Positions 48,066 to 62,299 of a stretch of 64,000 bases of DNA are shown one piece after another. The notes beneath the pieces are model-generated. The model saw only the letters and a list, made by a program, of their open reading frames with translations. It ran no database searches and was not told the DNA's origin. The position numbers and the translations under genes are program-made. The DNA is from Octopus sinensis. Its lineage: Eukaryota. How positions within the stretch are numbered: position 1 is the stretch's first letter; every line of letters starts with the position of its first letter. Where the stretch lies: positions 71,362,001 to 71,426,000 of the forward strand of contig NC_043001.1 of NCBI RefSeq assembly GCF_006345805.1. Direction: 5' to 3'.

Positions 48066-50230
48066 TTAGCTGACGTACCCAGTAAATCCCGGAAAAGCGG
48101 GTCTTATCCCTTGGTTCCGTTCTCATAATTGTTTAGCTAATCAATTAACAACAATACAAAGTATGTAGCCTTTAAAACAGTTTTTGTGCACTTACAGAGA
48201 ATACCGAACTGTCTTACATAGGATCCTGTTTTTAGGAATTCCCAATAAGTTATGAATACCCAAATCCTGAAATCAGTTACGTAATAACATGAAATTAGTT
48301 ACCCGATAGTAAGAATTCAAATAAAGTAGCCCCGAAAAGGGCGTTAATGGGTTCCCAGAGTATATGGAGCTTAGGAAGAAATATCAATAAAGTATGTATA
48401 CCAAAATCGCGAGGCATGTTACGTAATAACAGGTTAATCAGATATGAGATAATAACAATTCAAAGTAAATAGTTCTGAAAAGGACTTTTGTACGTTCCCA
48501 GAGAATATTGCTGTCAGGGGCGCTAGTGTTGAAATAGTTACAATAAATGTAGAAACAGACTGAGATTCAGTTTTACGGTAGACGTACAAATAAATTTGCA
48601 TATAGATTTTAAAATAAAATAACATGTAGATTATCAATACATTTACAACACTTACAAATGTTACAGTTAAAAATCAATACCCTATGATTTGGTGAATCTT
48701 TCTAAGTTACCAAAGCTTCTTGGTAAACAACATTTTCCTTGTGGGGCATAAAAAACAAATGATTAGGATTGACGACTCTTGCAATCCCACATATAGTTGG
48801 CCATGGGAGAAAACTGGTTCCGCAAGGTTCAGACCTACCACGTTCAAGGACTGCCCCTGGGCCTAGTTAATGCTCATTGCAAAGCACAGTTCCAACGGGA
48901 ATTGCAGGTGCTTGTACTAGAAAGGTATATCCGAGGGAATAAATGGAATTCTGGGAATTAATACAGGCTCACCGCTTACTTTACCAGTCAAAATTGTTGT
49001 CTCCAAGACAGTTGGTATCATCTTCTTTGTTACAAGTCGTGTTCCATTGCAAAGCTCACCTGGCAACTGTTCAAATCATCAAATTTCCACATTCTTTGGA
49101 GCAAAATCGCATGGGGTTTCAGCCTGTTGTGGCCTGTAAACTGTTTCCTCGGGTTGGGAAACACCTTATTCATTAGTTCCTTTAAATCAGGTACCATATT
49201 TCCAAAAGGCAAGCATACCCGGCCATCCTCCTCAACAACCCAAAGACCATCAACGACGTCCAACAGTTGCTTTCATAAGATTCTGTCTGCATCATCAGCA
49301 CTGAGCTGCACTCTCATGTTGATTGTGAGTCTTAGTTTTTGCACACTGCTCCATAGATAGGACGACTTTATACTGGCATTTCCTTCATCAGTTCTTGGAA
49401 ACACGGGAAGAGTTTGTCTAAAATCTCCTACAAGCAAGACTGTGGCACCTCCCATGAGCGTGGTGTTGTGTCTCAGATCCTGAAGGGCCATGTCAAGAGC
49501 TTCAAACGAAACCTAATGGCTCATTGTCGCTTCATCCCAGATCATCAACCTCCATTCACCCAGAAGTTTGCCACGACTGATGTTGCAGTTTGCCTTCTAT
49601 TTCTTGGAGAGGTCCAAAGGGAGTTTGAAACAAGAATGTGCTGTGCAGCCATCACTTAGCAGAGTTGCAGCTATTCCACTTATCGTCACTGCTATGGCAA
49701 TGTGTTTCATTTGGTGCAGTTTAACCAGAAGAAGGTTGATGACAAATATTTTTCCAGTTCCACCTGGAGCATCCAGAAAGAAAATACCTTCTCTTTCATG
49801 TTTCAGTGCTCGAAATAATGGTATTGTAATCACCCAGTTGATCCTCCATCAGTTTGTGTTCTTTATCAGCTATATATATGCCTCCATGTCCTCCATGTCA
49901 TAGCTAATTTCTTGCAGGTACTCAATTGCAAGCTTGTTTGCTGCCTGCTCCAGTTGTGGCAGACCAAATATGGAACTGCCTTGCACTCGGGTGTCCAGGT
50001 CAAGTAATGCTTCATTGTAAATGGCATTATTGAACGTGGCAATTTCCACTGAGGTTTGCCATTAATTCCTTTGTAGGTTGTCCTCTGCCATGCTGGTTTT
50101 GTGGGTCGCCCAAAGCGTGAGAGGTTTACACAAGCCACATGTCATTAACATGATAGAAAATAGCTGGTGCAGTAGAATTAGTGCTGTGCTGACTGCCGCC
50201 TCCTCCGGTATCTTGTCCCAGGCAATATAT
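48066..50230 (-). mobile_element. Helitron: decayed Pif1-type helicase region plus 3' terminus
   Basis: Motifs FFLDAPGGTGK, IAATLL.DG.TAHS.FKLP, WDEATM, GG.TVLLVGDFRQTLPV, LTINMR, QFP...FAMSIN.AQGQSL and FSHGQLYV. Subterminal hairpin and CTAA end at 48066. Confidence 0.92.
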
Positions 50231-50489
50231 GCATATATATTGACTAGTCACATTGATGATATTCAAACCTCGTATAGGGATATTTAAGTATTTCATTTAT
50301 TTCTTATCGTATTTTCTACTGAAGAGGGAAGAATCCATAGGATTAATCCCGAGATTTATTCAATATAGAAATAACGAAGTTTTTTTTTTAATTCTGTTGG
50401 CTAGCTTTCTTCGATTTCAGCACGACGTGTATTTATAGTGAATGTATAATGAAATGTGGAAATTGACAATTTAAAGTCTAATCTCAGCA

Positions 50490-50714
50490 TATTGGCATAA
50501 AAATCATTTTTCTTTTGACCTTGTTCATAAGTTCTATATATATATATATATATCCATGGGGTAAAGAAAATGATTGCTGCCATATTGCAAAAAACTGTCA
50601 TAGACAAATTAGAGGGTCCAACAGGTATGAAAATAAAATTGTAAACAAAATTCAAAAAGTATACACTTTTAATATATATAAAACACGATAAACATAATTC
50701 TGGGACACCCTGTA
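50490..50714. mobile_element. Tc1-type terminal fragment
   Basis: Ends ...aattctgggacaccctgTA, i.e. TAcagggtgtccc TIR-like on the minus strand. Confidence 0.4.
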
Positions 50715-51537
50715 TTTACTCGTCTGACTAAACAGGGGAGGAACTAATTGCAGGTGGTGAGCGTAGCTTCTGGAAGTGGTCACGTGGTCAAACTCAAATG
50801 TCTGTGAGTCACAACAGCACTTTGTTTTTTAGTATGAACATTTTTCATTATATAGTTCAGACATGGCTGACATAGAAAGCGGATATACTGCCGGGATTGG
50901 AAACGTGAAACACCAACAGGGCACTTCTGGAGAATGGATGACTGGGCTTGTTCCTTTACCCAGCCGCATACACATGCACAAGGCCCGGTGGTATGTGGGA
51001 TAGTAACATGAAGCACCAACACGGTGCCGACAAAGATTTTAAAGTTCTAATTTCCTCTGCCAAATTGGACAAAAAGGCTTCCATGAAATATTATACGCTA
51101 CTTATAGTGCAAAAGTAGTGTCAATAATTCATCATCGGAAAATCGCTTAAAGCAAAAACCCAGCGCAGTATATTCAAGTCTGATTAATCTGCATTTTGGG
51201 GGACCCATAATCGGTGTCGGAAATTTTTTTAGTCAACCGCAATTCGAGGAGCTTGATTAATGCTTGTGGCAAATTTGTAAGTGACTGAACATTCTTCAAG
51301 TAATGGGCCTTAACGCTGCGAAAATGCTTTAAAATGCGGTTTATCTGCCCCTGGGTCCGCATTATACCAGAAGTTGAAAACTGTTTTGGCTCATGACACT
51401 CCATGGACCCTATGTGATGCAAATTTAAAATTTCCTTAAAACCGGGTGGGTGGGTCTTGAATTTTAACGACATGACAAACACACAGACAAACACACATCC
51501 TGTGTTTCACACACACATATATATGTATATATATATA

Positions 51538-51620
51538 AGGATAAGATCGTTAACCTTAAAATAAAATAACGATTTTACCAAGTGGTCAGCATGGAAAAAT
51601 TTTTTGTCAGTATTAATCAT
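51538..51620 (-). repeat. Distant relic of the retrozyme-superfamily 3' structure
   Basis: Reverse complement catgctgaccacttGGTAAAATCGTTA...TAACGATCTTATCctt, next to (TA)n. Confidence 0.45.
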
Positions 51621-52137
51621 GCCTGTAGCGTTAGCTCTTTATTTGTACAATTCTATGGTTAAAATGAGAGATACGTGGGTTACCTACCATTCTCTACTGG
51701 GAGATTTAATTTTACATACATTATAATTGGAAACATTCTGATTGTTTTGAGTGATATCAATATTGTAAATATTTTTATTGTTATAGAAACTAGTCATTTT
51801 CTTATTATTAAGGGGAAATAATCAACCATACTAGATCCTATAAAATAGATGATATCCGTTGTAATCTATGTATTATTGAAATCTTCCAAATTTTAGAATC
51901 TAAGCACTGTCTTCTTAACAGTAAGCGTAAAAAGGTGTATCATGTGCTCATTCAAATAAATATGTATTTAAACACTACAAATAATAATAAAATAAAAAGT
52001 AGATTCAAATATAAATTGGATAATCTAATAGTTATAAATATGTATTATAAAATACAATTAAAGCAAAATAAAGTTATATTAAAATAAGTCGAATAAAATA
52101 TAACACAATTAATAGATATAATCGATTGACGATCACG

Positions 52138-52139
<2 letters not shown>

Positions 52140-52200
<61 letters not shown>
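52140..52200. repeat. (TAA)n microsatellite
   Basis: Read directly from the sequence. Confidence 0.95.
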
Positions 52201-52794
52201 TATTTCACCCGTATATTGACTTCAAAAATTTGTCTAATGATAAAAATATATTTGCAACACGTAGAATACAAATACCATACATGTAGTGAGAAGTACATTC
52301 CAGCAATATCACATGATCAAACGTATTAGCGTAGATATACACTAAACAAATAAAGTCAAAGCATGTACGCAAGTAACAGCGTTTTAAAAATACTAATACG
52401 CACAATTGCAAATAAATTTAAGATGCACACACACACACAAATAAATAAAAACAAATGACATATACATATATAACAGTTTTCTAAAAATATTAACATGCAC
52501 ATGCACATATATATATACGAATATTGATATGTTGAGTCTGCTGATGATCACCCGATCACGATCAATTATGATGTGATTCCTTCTGTGTCTAATTCTTACT
52601 CTGATAAAGTATTGAACTCGGTATTTTCGAAATGCAACATAAGTTAATTAATTTGTAATTGAATGAGTTAAGTATGGAAACAATTGTAGGTAACAAAGAA
52701 TTGACGATAGTTAAATAAATTGATGCATATACATATATGCACATTCTGTACACATACATATATTTACACACATATATATGCACAGAAACACAAA

Positions 52795-52851
<57 letters not shown>

Positions 52852-52853
<2 letters not shown>

Positions 52854-53012
52854 TAATCAATATAGGGTGGCAAAAAATTTTGTAGAATTTTTTTGCCACC
52901 AGCGGCCTAGTGGGAAAAAATTAAATAGTCATAGACCATTTATAAGTTCAACATCACAATCAAGGAACGGCCATAATAGGCCATTCACCCACTAGAAATA
53001 ACAGCCAAAGCT
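52852..53012 (-). repeat. Retrozyme-superfamily 3' structure, family 4
   Basis: Reverse complement: ggctgttatttCTAGTGGG...CCCACTAG-gccgct-GGTGGCAAAAAA..TTTTTGCCACC-ctatattga, then (TA)n. Confidence 0.6.
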
Positions 53013-53517
53013 TCAACCGCAAAATAACATTAATTCCGCAAACCAGGAGAAAATTAAAAAAACATTTACCCTGTAATTTCTTATACGATGCACCGTTTCA
53101 TCTATTGTTTAATGGTAAACTAACCTGATTAAATTAAATCAAGCCAATCTTCCATAGGCCGCTAGATTCGTCAGTAAGAAATAGCCAGATCGGAACAGAT
53201 ATTTTCTTGCAAGATAAAGGACGCCGTGATGGCGTCAGGCCTATCTGGTGACGTTGATGTTCGCCTGGGGCTAAATGCAACAGTGACACCCCCACCACCC
53301 TGCCCTGTCCCTAGCCATATTCGGTTGGCTAATATCCCTTATATTATATATATTTACATATACATAAATACCTATGCATATATAGCATAAATATGTGCGT
53401 GCACAAATATAATCAGTTTTGCAATTATATCATTAACTATCTACGTACATAGACACGCACGCTCTCACATATACGCTTGTATGTTAGTCTTCTCATCGAT
53501 ATACTGATATATATAAA

Positions 53518-53819
53518 GGCGGCGAGCTGGCAGAAACGTTAGCACGCCGGGCGAAATGCTTAGCGGTATTGAGTCTGTCGTTGCGTTCTGAGTTCAAATT
53601 CCGCCGAGGTCGACTTTGCACGGGCGGAATGCTTAGCGGTATTGAGTCTGTCGTTGCGTTCTGAGTTCAAATTCCGCCGAGGTCGACTTTGCCTTTCATC
53701 CTTTCGGGGTCGATAAATTAAGTACCAGTTACGCACTGGGGTCGATGTAATCGACTTAATCCGTTTGTCTGTCCTTTTTTGTCTCCTCTATGTTTAGCCC
53801 CTTGTGGGCAATAAAGAAA
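53518..53819 (+). mobile_element. SINE family A, young, with ~73-bp internal duplication
   Basis: gggcg.aatgcttagcggtattgagtctgtcgttgcgttctgagttcaaattccgccgaggtcgactttgc occurs twice. Confidence 0.9.
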
Positions 53820-53868
53820 CAGATATACTGATATATATACACATATATATGTATATACACCTATATAT

Positions 53869-53909
<41 letters not shown>

Positions 53910-54819
53910 CATGTATACACGTGTGTGTGTCTGTGTGTGAATGCGTCTGTGTGTGTTTGTGTATTCTTATGTGTGCCTTTACATGCTTTTGTGTGTATAC
54001 AACTGGGTTTATGTATATTCTTGCAAAGAAATCAACAAAAGTAGAGTGAGCCAGAGAGAGCTAGAGAGAGACACAGAGAGAGAAATTCGCGAAGAGTAGA
54101 ATAGCTAGATGTGTTCCTATTTTACATTCAATAAATTAATGCCGAATTCTTTGGAAACGTTCCAAGTAGTTCAGGTATGACTGTTGCAATCAGAAATATA
54201 AATACGCCGCCATTAAGTCTGTAAATTTACTGAACTTCTATTGGGATTCATCTTCTGATATTTATAGATTCTAAGAATGGTGTCAATGAGAGAAGCCTGT
54301 TTCATCGATATCTCGCTCATTTATGTCCAGTTTCGAACGTACAGAACTAGTTATAGAAATGTTCAAATATATCATTACTTCACTTCATCTAATAAATGAC
54401 TAAAGTCTTGATTAAATACTGGTCGATGCTCGTTGCGTTCATTACTGTCACTCTTTCTTCTTGTGCGTATATATATATATATATATATATATATACAAAC
54501 ATACATACAGGCGTATGTATATAGATACATGCATACATGCATACATACATACATACATACTCATGTATAATGATGTCAGAAGAAAATTTTTCGTTAGACC
54601 TACACACACGCACACACACACACACACATGCACACCAACACACATACATTATATATATGATATACGTATAGAAAGAGAGAAAGAGACAAGGGGAGGGAAA
54701 GAAAAAGAGAGAGAGGATTCTCCGAGGTATGCATACACTCGTAATTTAAAGGGAAAGAAAACGTCTAGAAATATTGTAATACTAATTTTATCCAGACGTA
54801 GTATGATTAAAAGTTACCC

Positions 54820-56195
54820 ATAAACTTTTGTTGGAGGCTTTTGCAATGGAGTTGGCTTCTCTAAAGTTTTGTTTTAATTCAGTGAAAAATTTTCATAAAG
54901 AATTTTCATTCAAAAAAAAAACTGTATATTTTGTTGTTGGTGAGGTGGGATACTGAAAAAGTTAGGTTGCATTTGATCAATTGCTGACGATCGAAATGAT
55001 CAATGTGCATTATGTTGAGATTAAAAGAACTGGAAACTTTCATATCTTCTTGATTGTATTGTAAGCAACTGAGACAAAATGGCAAAGGTACTGTTGCCGT
55101 TTAAGGGACGTAAGACTACTCAATAGCGGCATTTCAAATTTGGAAATGTTGCTGCAGTTCAACGACAATGGAAGGGTGATTTTGGAATAGAGCTACAAAA
55201 CCTCTACGTCTGGCAATTTTACAGATTCCTGATAAGTCCGAAACACATGGTACCGTGTGTGGTGTACAGAATGGGAAACCCGGCAGCCCTCGTAGAGTAA
55301 CTAATGCTACTTCCTTGGCTATGGTGTTTGAACATTTCACACACTCCGCACAAAACTTTACTGCTTAACGTGTATTTGAGACGGGAATAAGCAGTACAAG
55401 AATAGGGCGCATTCTTAAAAGAGCTGAAGATTAAGAGTATTTACGTCTCACGATAATTACAAGCAAGTAACGATGACGATTCTGATCAAAGAATCGATAC
55501 TTGTGAGTGGCTTCTGAACATGGTAGGCGAGAACAATTTTGAGGCGTGATTAAGCACAATTTAAGCTAAATGAAAGAGTGAACCGGCATAATTGTGTTTA
55601 CTGGGCACCAGAAAATCCTTGCTTGAATGTAGACAAAACAGTCCATTTGCAGGGAATCAATGTCTGATATGGACTGTCATAGAGAGATTTAATTAAGCCA
55701 TTCATCTTTGAAGGTGCTGTTAATAATCAAGTGCAACTACACATGCTATATACGTCCATTTTACTTGCCATACATGCACTTAATGGAAATTACACAAACC
55801 GCCCCAAACTGTAAAAACATGAGAGCTTACTTGGATGAGAATTTGCAGGAAGAAGTGCAGTTGAGTTCTCCGAACATTCTCTTGATTCAACACCTGCAGA
55901 CGTTTGGGGTGCCCCAAAGGATATGCATCGCAGAAAACCGGCTACACTGGTGGTCCTCCGAGAAGAAATTGGAGCGACATGTGCAGTTATCCAACTGGAC
56001 ACTTTAGCCAACGTCACCCAAGCAGCAGTTCACCGTACTAAGTACCTAGAAGCAAATGACTACTACTTTGAAGATCTCTTGTAAATGTAAAAGTTAAAGA
56101 TAACTTGTATTGGTCCCGTGATGTTTGAACAAATTTAGTATTAAGATATTTCTGTTTTCCTTTTCTTGAAGTGTGTATACATATTTTGGCGAACT
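54820..56195 (+). pseudogene. Highly decayed Tc1-like element
   Basis: Remnants GRKTTQ (ARKKP-like), GINV*YG and QLLL*, equivalent to a TKY end. Many stops; boundaries approximate. Confidence 0.35.
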
Positions 56196-56206
56196 CTCCC
56201 TCCCCC

Positions 56207-56238
<32 letters not shown>

Positions 56239-56239
<1 letters not shown>

Positions 56240-56575
56240 GCAGGAGTGGCTGGGCAAGTGTCTTCTACTATAGCCTTAGGCCGAACAAAGCCTTGTGAGT
56301 GGATTTGGTAGACGAAAAATGAAAGAAGCCCGTCGTATATATGTATATGTGTATGTGTGTGTGTGTGTATCTGTGTCTGTGTTTGTCCCCCCAACATCGC
56401 TTGACAACCGATGCTGGTGTGTTTACGTCCCCGTAACCTAGCGGTTCGGCAAAAGGGGAAGATAGAATAAGTACTAGTCTTACAAAGAATAAGTCCTGGG
56501 GTCGATTTGCTCGACTAAAGGCGGTGCTGCAGCATGGCCGCAGTCAAATGACTGAAACAGGTAAAAGAGTAAAAG
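56239..56575 (+). mobile_element. SINE family B with internal 5' deletion
   Basis: cgcaggagtggctgggcaagtgtc...gtcaaatgactgaaacaggtaaaagag. Confidence 0.9.
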
Positions 56576-56837
56576 TGTAATAAAGAGAGTATATATATAT
56601 ACACGTGTGTATGCGTGTGCTTGTGTGTACGTATGCAAGCATAAATATCGAGCGATTCCCAATTGTTCAGATATCTGATTTTCATTTTATTAGTAGACAC
56701 TTTTCTACGTCTGCAGTTGCTCAGTAAATTTTACGCTACCAATGTGATTGTGAGATAAGTCATGAGTAGAAGACCAATCTTCTCAATATAATTTATTTCA
56801 ATACAATATATTTCAAGTCATTTTAATACTTCAGTGA

Positions 56838-57145
56838 AGGGGCGTGGCTTAGTGGTTAGGGTATTCGGCTCACGATCGTAAGGTTGGGAGTTCGATATCC
56901 GGCGGCACGGTGTGTCCTCGAGCAAGACACTTTATATCATGTTGGTGTAGCTAACTCAGCTGACGAAAATGAGTAGTACCTGTATTCCTAAAGGCCAGTC
57001 TTGTCACATTCTGTGTCAAGTTTAATCTTCCTGAGAACTACGTTAAGGGCACGCGGTCACTGTGGATTGCTCAGCCACTGGCGCGTTGGTTTTACGAGCA
57101 AGATGTTCCGTTGATCGGATCAACTGGAACCCTTGTGCCGGTTGA
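56838..57145 (+). mobile_element. tRNA-derived SINE family C
   Basis: A-box tggcttagtgg, B-box gagttcgatatcc, followed by a gtgtcctcgagcaagacacttt domain. Confidence 0.75.
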
Positions 57146-57727
57146 TGCTTCATAAAGTATTAAAATGATTTGCAAACTTAAAATATCTAGTTTCCTCACC
57201 TTTTCGAAGGATTTGTTTGTTTCGGGGATAGTTCAAACATTTCGATTATGTTTTCTTATCCTCGGTGCATAAATGAAGACATGAATTTTGCAGCATTGCA
57301 GATGTTCTTGTCACGTGCTTAGTCGTAGATCATTTCTAGATATTGTCGGGAATGTAGATGAATGTCTTCAACTATCTTAATATACAACATAACAGATATA
57401 TTGTTGTATACACGAAAGTTGTATAAAGCAAATTTTTCATTTTGTGTGTTTGACTGGCAACAAGTTAAAATACAATAGATTCAAAGTAGAAAAGTGTGTT
57501 GGTATGGCTTTTATTGAAATATCCACATATATTATTGTGTTCCTTTGGCCCTGCATCATTTGTCTCATATTACGGCAGTTGCTGTGTGTTGCTAAGTTAT
57601 TTTACAATATGCTTGATTGCCCACTATGTCCCGTGGGTCTTAAAGAAAATCAGACATGTGATGTAACATTTAATGATTCAGGTTGTGTGTGTGAGAAGGG
57701 TAATGAAATGGGTAACGGAAAGAGGAT

Positions 57728-57905
57728 ATGAATGAGTGAATTGATGAGTGAATGAGGGAATGAGTGAATAAAGAAATGAATGAGTGATGGAGTGAGTGAA
57801 TGCGCGAGTAATAGAATGAAAGGATGAGTGATTTGGATAAATGAGTGAAAGATTGTCTGAAACTGATGATATTACTAATAATAATAATACTAATAATACT
57901 ACTAC

Positions 57906-57941
<36 letters not shown>
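57728..57941. repeat. Degenerate (GAAT/GAGT)n plus (TAA)n
   Basis: Read directly from the sequence. Confidence 0.85.
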
Positions 57942-57942
<1 letters not shown>

Positions 57943-57944
57943 CT

Positions 57945-58097
57945 GGATATGTGATAGGAAGCTTGCTTGCCAACCACATGGCTCTGGTTCAGTCCCACTG
58001 CGTAACACTTTGGGTAAGTGTCTTTTACTACAGCCGCGGGCCGACCAATGGCTTGTGAGTGGATTTGGTAGACGGAAACTGGAGGAAGCCGTTGTGA

Positions 58098-58151
<54 letters not shown>

Positions 58152-58352
58152 GTATTTGGGTGCGTTAGTGGTTGTCTCTCTACCAACGCTTGATACCGAT
58201 GTTGCTGTGTTTGAGTACCCGTAAATTAGCGATTCAGCAAAAGTGGCCGATAGAGTATGTACTGGGCTTACAAAGAATAGATCCTGGGGTCGATTTATTC
58301 GACTAAAGACAGTGCTCCGGCATGGCCGCAGTCAAATGACTGAAACTAGTAA
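57945..58352 (+). mobile_element. SINE family B
   Basis: Family B head, internal (TA)n and tail. Confidence 0.88.
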
Positions 58353-59829
58353 AAAAAAAGTGTAAAGGAAAAAGACAACATCAGGAACATGGTGAGGCTG
58401 CCAAGATAAAAAAAATACCTACAGACCTTACCTTACCTCTGTTTTTCAAAGACATTATTTTACAGAAGCCCAAGAGATAACAGCGTAAATAAAGACTTTT
58501 AAGAGAAGGTCTCGCGCTCGGCAGTACTTCAGTACAGATACAGACCGACTTCCGTTAATATTCTGAGACAGTACCAGTATATAATATTGTAAGGAGGAGG
58601 GAAGGGGTAAGCGAAAATAACAAGGTGGTGATGCAATGCTACTTCGAAAGTGTGGCCGTAGTTTAAACTCTTTTGCCATGTCTGTTTCTAAAGCTAACAT
58701 GTTATTTAGTTATACCTTGTTCGAAGAATAGCTTCATATGTTCTAGGATAATGATCAAATACTTTATTTGCATGTGGTATCAGAGCGATTCTTGATAATT
58801 CTCACACATAGGCAGGCATTTCCCTTTGTCTATGGGTACATATACTGCTGTGCAGCAATCTGACGGCCACTCTTCATGCCTCCAGATCTCGCAGTAGGTT
58901 GTGGGGTATTGTTATGGTACTCTCTCCTGACACTTGACCAGTTCAATCGCCACTGCATCTAGATCTAGTACCTGCCCGTATTTTGTCTTTGCCGGAGCCC
59001 TTTCTACATCACTTGCTTATGGTTGATTCTCATACCCTAAATCTGTGTCGGCCACATATCAATGAACCATGCGCTTTCTTATCCAGGAATCATATCCACA
59101 ACTTCCTAATCGTGAGCCAAACAATCGAATCAAATATTTATTTTAACAAACTCACATGTCTATAGATGTTTGAATATTTATGGATCGTTTTTATTGTATG
59201 CTTTTGTGTTGCTCGAGTATATAATTACATACATGTACATATATGAATGTCTTTGTGTGTGTGAGTATGTGTGTATGTTTATGTAAATACATAGGTTTCC
59301 AAACATATTGCACAAATAAACAGAAAACCAGATATATAAATATATGTATGTGCGTGTGAAGATACAGAAGAAGGAAGATACATCCATGCATACGAACACA
59401 TATTCGAAGTACGTACATACATAATTAAATGCCTATACGTAGATTAATCCTTGCATATATCAAGGATCCATTCTGAAGTAAGCCATAAACATAGATTAAT
59501 CCAATGAAATAGCAATGGAAGATAGCAGAGGGTTAATATTAAACATTAAGTCCACTTAATAATAACGTTGTGGACATTGTATTAATTCCTATTCACACCA
59601 ATATAAAAGAGCGAATACTTATACATATCTAATATTCGAAATATTGTAATTAAATTAGTTCGGACGTGAAATTGTTGAATATAGTTTGTATAATTCCAAT
59701 ATTCATGCACATTCTGGATACTCAGAAATATATATATAGGCCAACAATAATCTATCTTAAAATAGTCTTCTGTTAATTCAACGCTAAATCTATTTTTACT
59801 CCATAAATTTTATTCATGATTTTAATGAT

Positions 59830-60580
59830 ATCGATGATTTAAGTTTTATCATCGTCTTATCAGCATCATCACGATCTTCTACACGTCTGACTGTATATCA
59901 ACAGCCATTAAGATCTATATCATTTGAATAATCTCCACTAATATATTATTACCTACCGCCACCAACACCATCACTATATATTTTTAAGCCGGCAACATCA
60001 GTCACCACTAATATTACAACCAGCATCATCATGACATCAACTAGCAACAACTGCAAAACAAACAGCGAACAATAACATCTACGTCAGCAATAATGTCAGT
60101 GGTATGAACATTCGAAACACCAATATCACCAGCGCAACTACAACACCAACATCAAGACAACCAAAACACTAATACGAACACCGGCTACAACACAGACAAC
60201 CCCAGCTGTATTAATGCTACTGCCAACGACATTAACATTCGAAACACTAAATACCAATTAAAAGCACCAATGCAAAAACAACAACCCCGATAACAGCATC
60301 AACACAGCTCTAATCAAAATATCAAGACAACGACATCACCAAAACCTGTAAACAACGACACGACCACCATATGGACATCAACGCAATATCCACATCAACA
60401 CCAAAAGGACGACACAACAAAACAAAAATACCAACCAACATCATCCCAACAGGAGTATCACCAGCACAACCAACAAAAGTAACACCATAAAAGAAAACAC
60501 AAACATCAATGCCATCGAAGACATCTCCAACAATAACAGAAACACAAACGTTATCAATAACCATCATTAAATAATACAAA
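59830..60580. repeat. Ancient degenerate (AAC/ATC)n low-complexity tract
   Basis: Strong A/C skew with trinucleotide-like periodicity; no long plus-strand ORF. Confidence 0.7.
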
Positions 60581-60844
60581 AAGAGAATAAAATGACAGAG
60601 AAAACAGGGAGTAATCGATACCTCAATTGCTAAGTGCTGAAATGTTAACGACTTGTCTTATATGCAAATAAGATATTTCTTTCTTTCTTTTCGTAGTTGA
60701 GAGTAATACTTCTTCGTGGATACTGAATTGAAGTAGGATATCTAAGAGACAGCGGGGATATCTTAAAGACTATGGTAGAAGTAGAATATCTTACAGACAC
60801 CAGAAAGCATAATAGACAAACAAACCGTAGAGGTGGAAGTTCTA

Positions 60845-60951
60845 CGAGGTGTGTATGAAAAGTTTTGAGCTTTCAAGGCCTTGTACCTTCATCAGAAGTC
60901 TTGTACCATGTTTTGTTTTTTAGAGGCTCAAAACTTTTCATACACCCCTCG
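60845..60951. mobile_element. 107-bp mariner-type MITE
   Basis: TA|cgaggtgtgtatgaaaagttttgagc ... gctcaaaacttttcatacacccctcg|TA. Confidence 0.88.
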
Positions 60952-61269
60952 TAAAAGCAAAACTTACTAATGGGCCACAGCGCATAATATTATAGTCAAA
61001 CTACAGACAAATGTTTAATAAATAGACCACAGAATAAACATTCGAGTATCCTACAAATAAGCTGTAGTGGAATATATAAACTTTGAGACGAGCCATAGCA
61101 GAATACATTACATATATACAGACTACAGTAGGTGATTTACCTTGAAGGAAAGAGATGTCATAACAGCATATAAGGATTAACCCGAAATCAAAGCGAAAAT
61201 GGGCATAACATTTTTTTTTCTTAACTAACATAAGTTGTTCAAATTGCATGTTACTGAGTTAATCTTCCT

Positions 61270-62210
61270 CTTTAGCAAATCTTCCTGTTCATCTTCATTG
61301 CAGGCATACAACAGGTTCCAAGAAGAAGCGATACACTTCCACTGAGTTCGTGACAAAAAAGAGGTGTCCAACATCCACAGAATGCTACACGCTGTTTGTG
61401 CAGATAGATGAAGTTGTCTGAATACAAACCAAACACTGAGAGACCATCAACTACAACCACTGACACAAATCGCCAGTGAGTGGCTGAATTGATTGACGCA
61501 AGTAGACGAATCACAAATCCGTGAGCTTGAGCACAACTGGGCTCTGGCTACAATGTATTACCGAAGATAATGGAAGATTTGTGATATTGGAAACTTGGCA
61601 ATTGACATCTGATTTGAATGAGAAAAGGGTGGAAAGCCGTTCTTATCCGTAGAAAGCATCTAAAGCAAAAGAAATCGGGGGTTTTTTTCGGTTAAATGAC
61701 AGGGTATAAAACGTGAGTGTACGTTTAGGAATCATGCATCAGATTTCTTCTCCCTCGTTCAGTAGAGAAAGTTATGATAACAGCACTTTGAGGATGACTT
61801 GATAACGTTGTTGAACAGTCAACAGCAAACAGTATATTTTGACACTCAGAAAATTTAGAGAAGCCGTTAGGAAGACCAGATCGGAGAGGAATTTGGAAAA
61901 TATCCACGTTTCATGACAATGTGCAACCACACTCATCTTTGGCAACAATTGGCAAATTAGGATCTCAGTGCCCCACCCACCTCCGCTGTACTATCTGCAT
62001 CTGGTACCCTTGTATTTATACGTCCAAGAAAAGACAGCATTCGGAGACAACAATTTAATGATGCAGACAAGGTAAATGTAGTTGCAATAAGTGGATACAA
62101 TAGTGTACACCTGAACATTTTCAAAGATGACTCGAGATTTGACTTGAACAATGGCGTAAATGCATCACCTGTAATGAAGACTATGTTCTGTATCATATTT
62201 TTTATGGAGC
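61270..62210 (+). pseudogene. Decayed mariner transposase
   Basis: FHDNVQPH (HDNARPH motif); SSLVQ*RKL*..ALW (K.M..VFW); F..ADKV..W near the C-terminus. Confidence 0.6.
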
Positions 62211-62299
62211 AAGAATTTACGTTCAAGCTGAATGTCCTAGTTCAGTTACTAAAATATTATGTCTAGTTTTACATTACTTTCAGAAATCTAGAAAATAAG

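Noticed and set aside
56838-56910. Possible tRNA gene
   Set aside because: A and B boxes are present, but the acceptor stem is imperfect and the sequence continues into a SINE body.
59830-60580. Mucin-like Thr/Asn-rich exon
   Set aside because: Stops interrupt the plus-strand frames and I see no clear splice boundaries; best explained as decayed (AAC)n.
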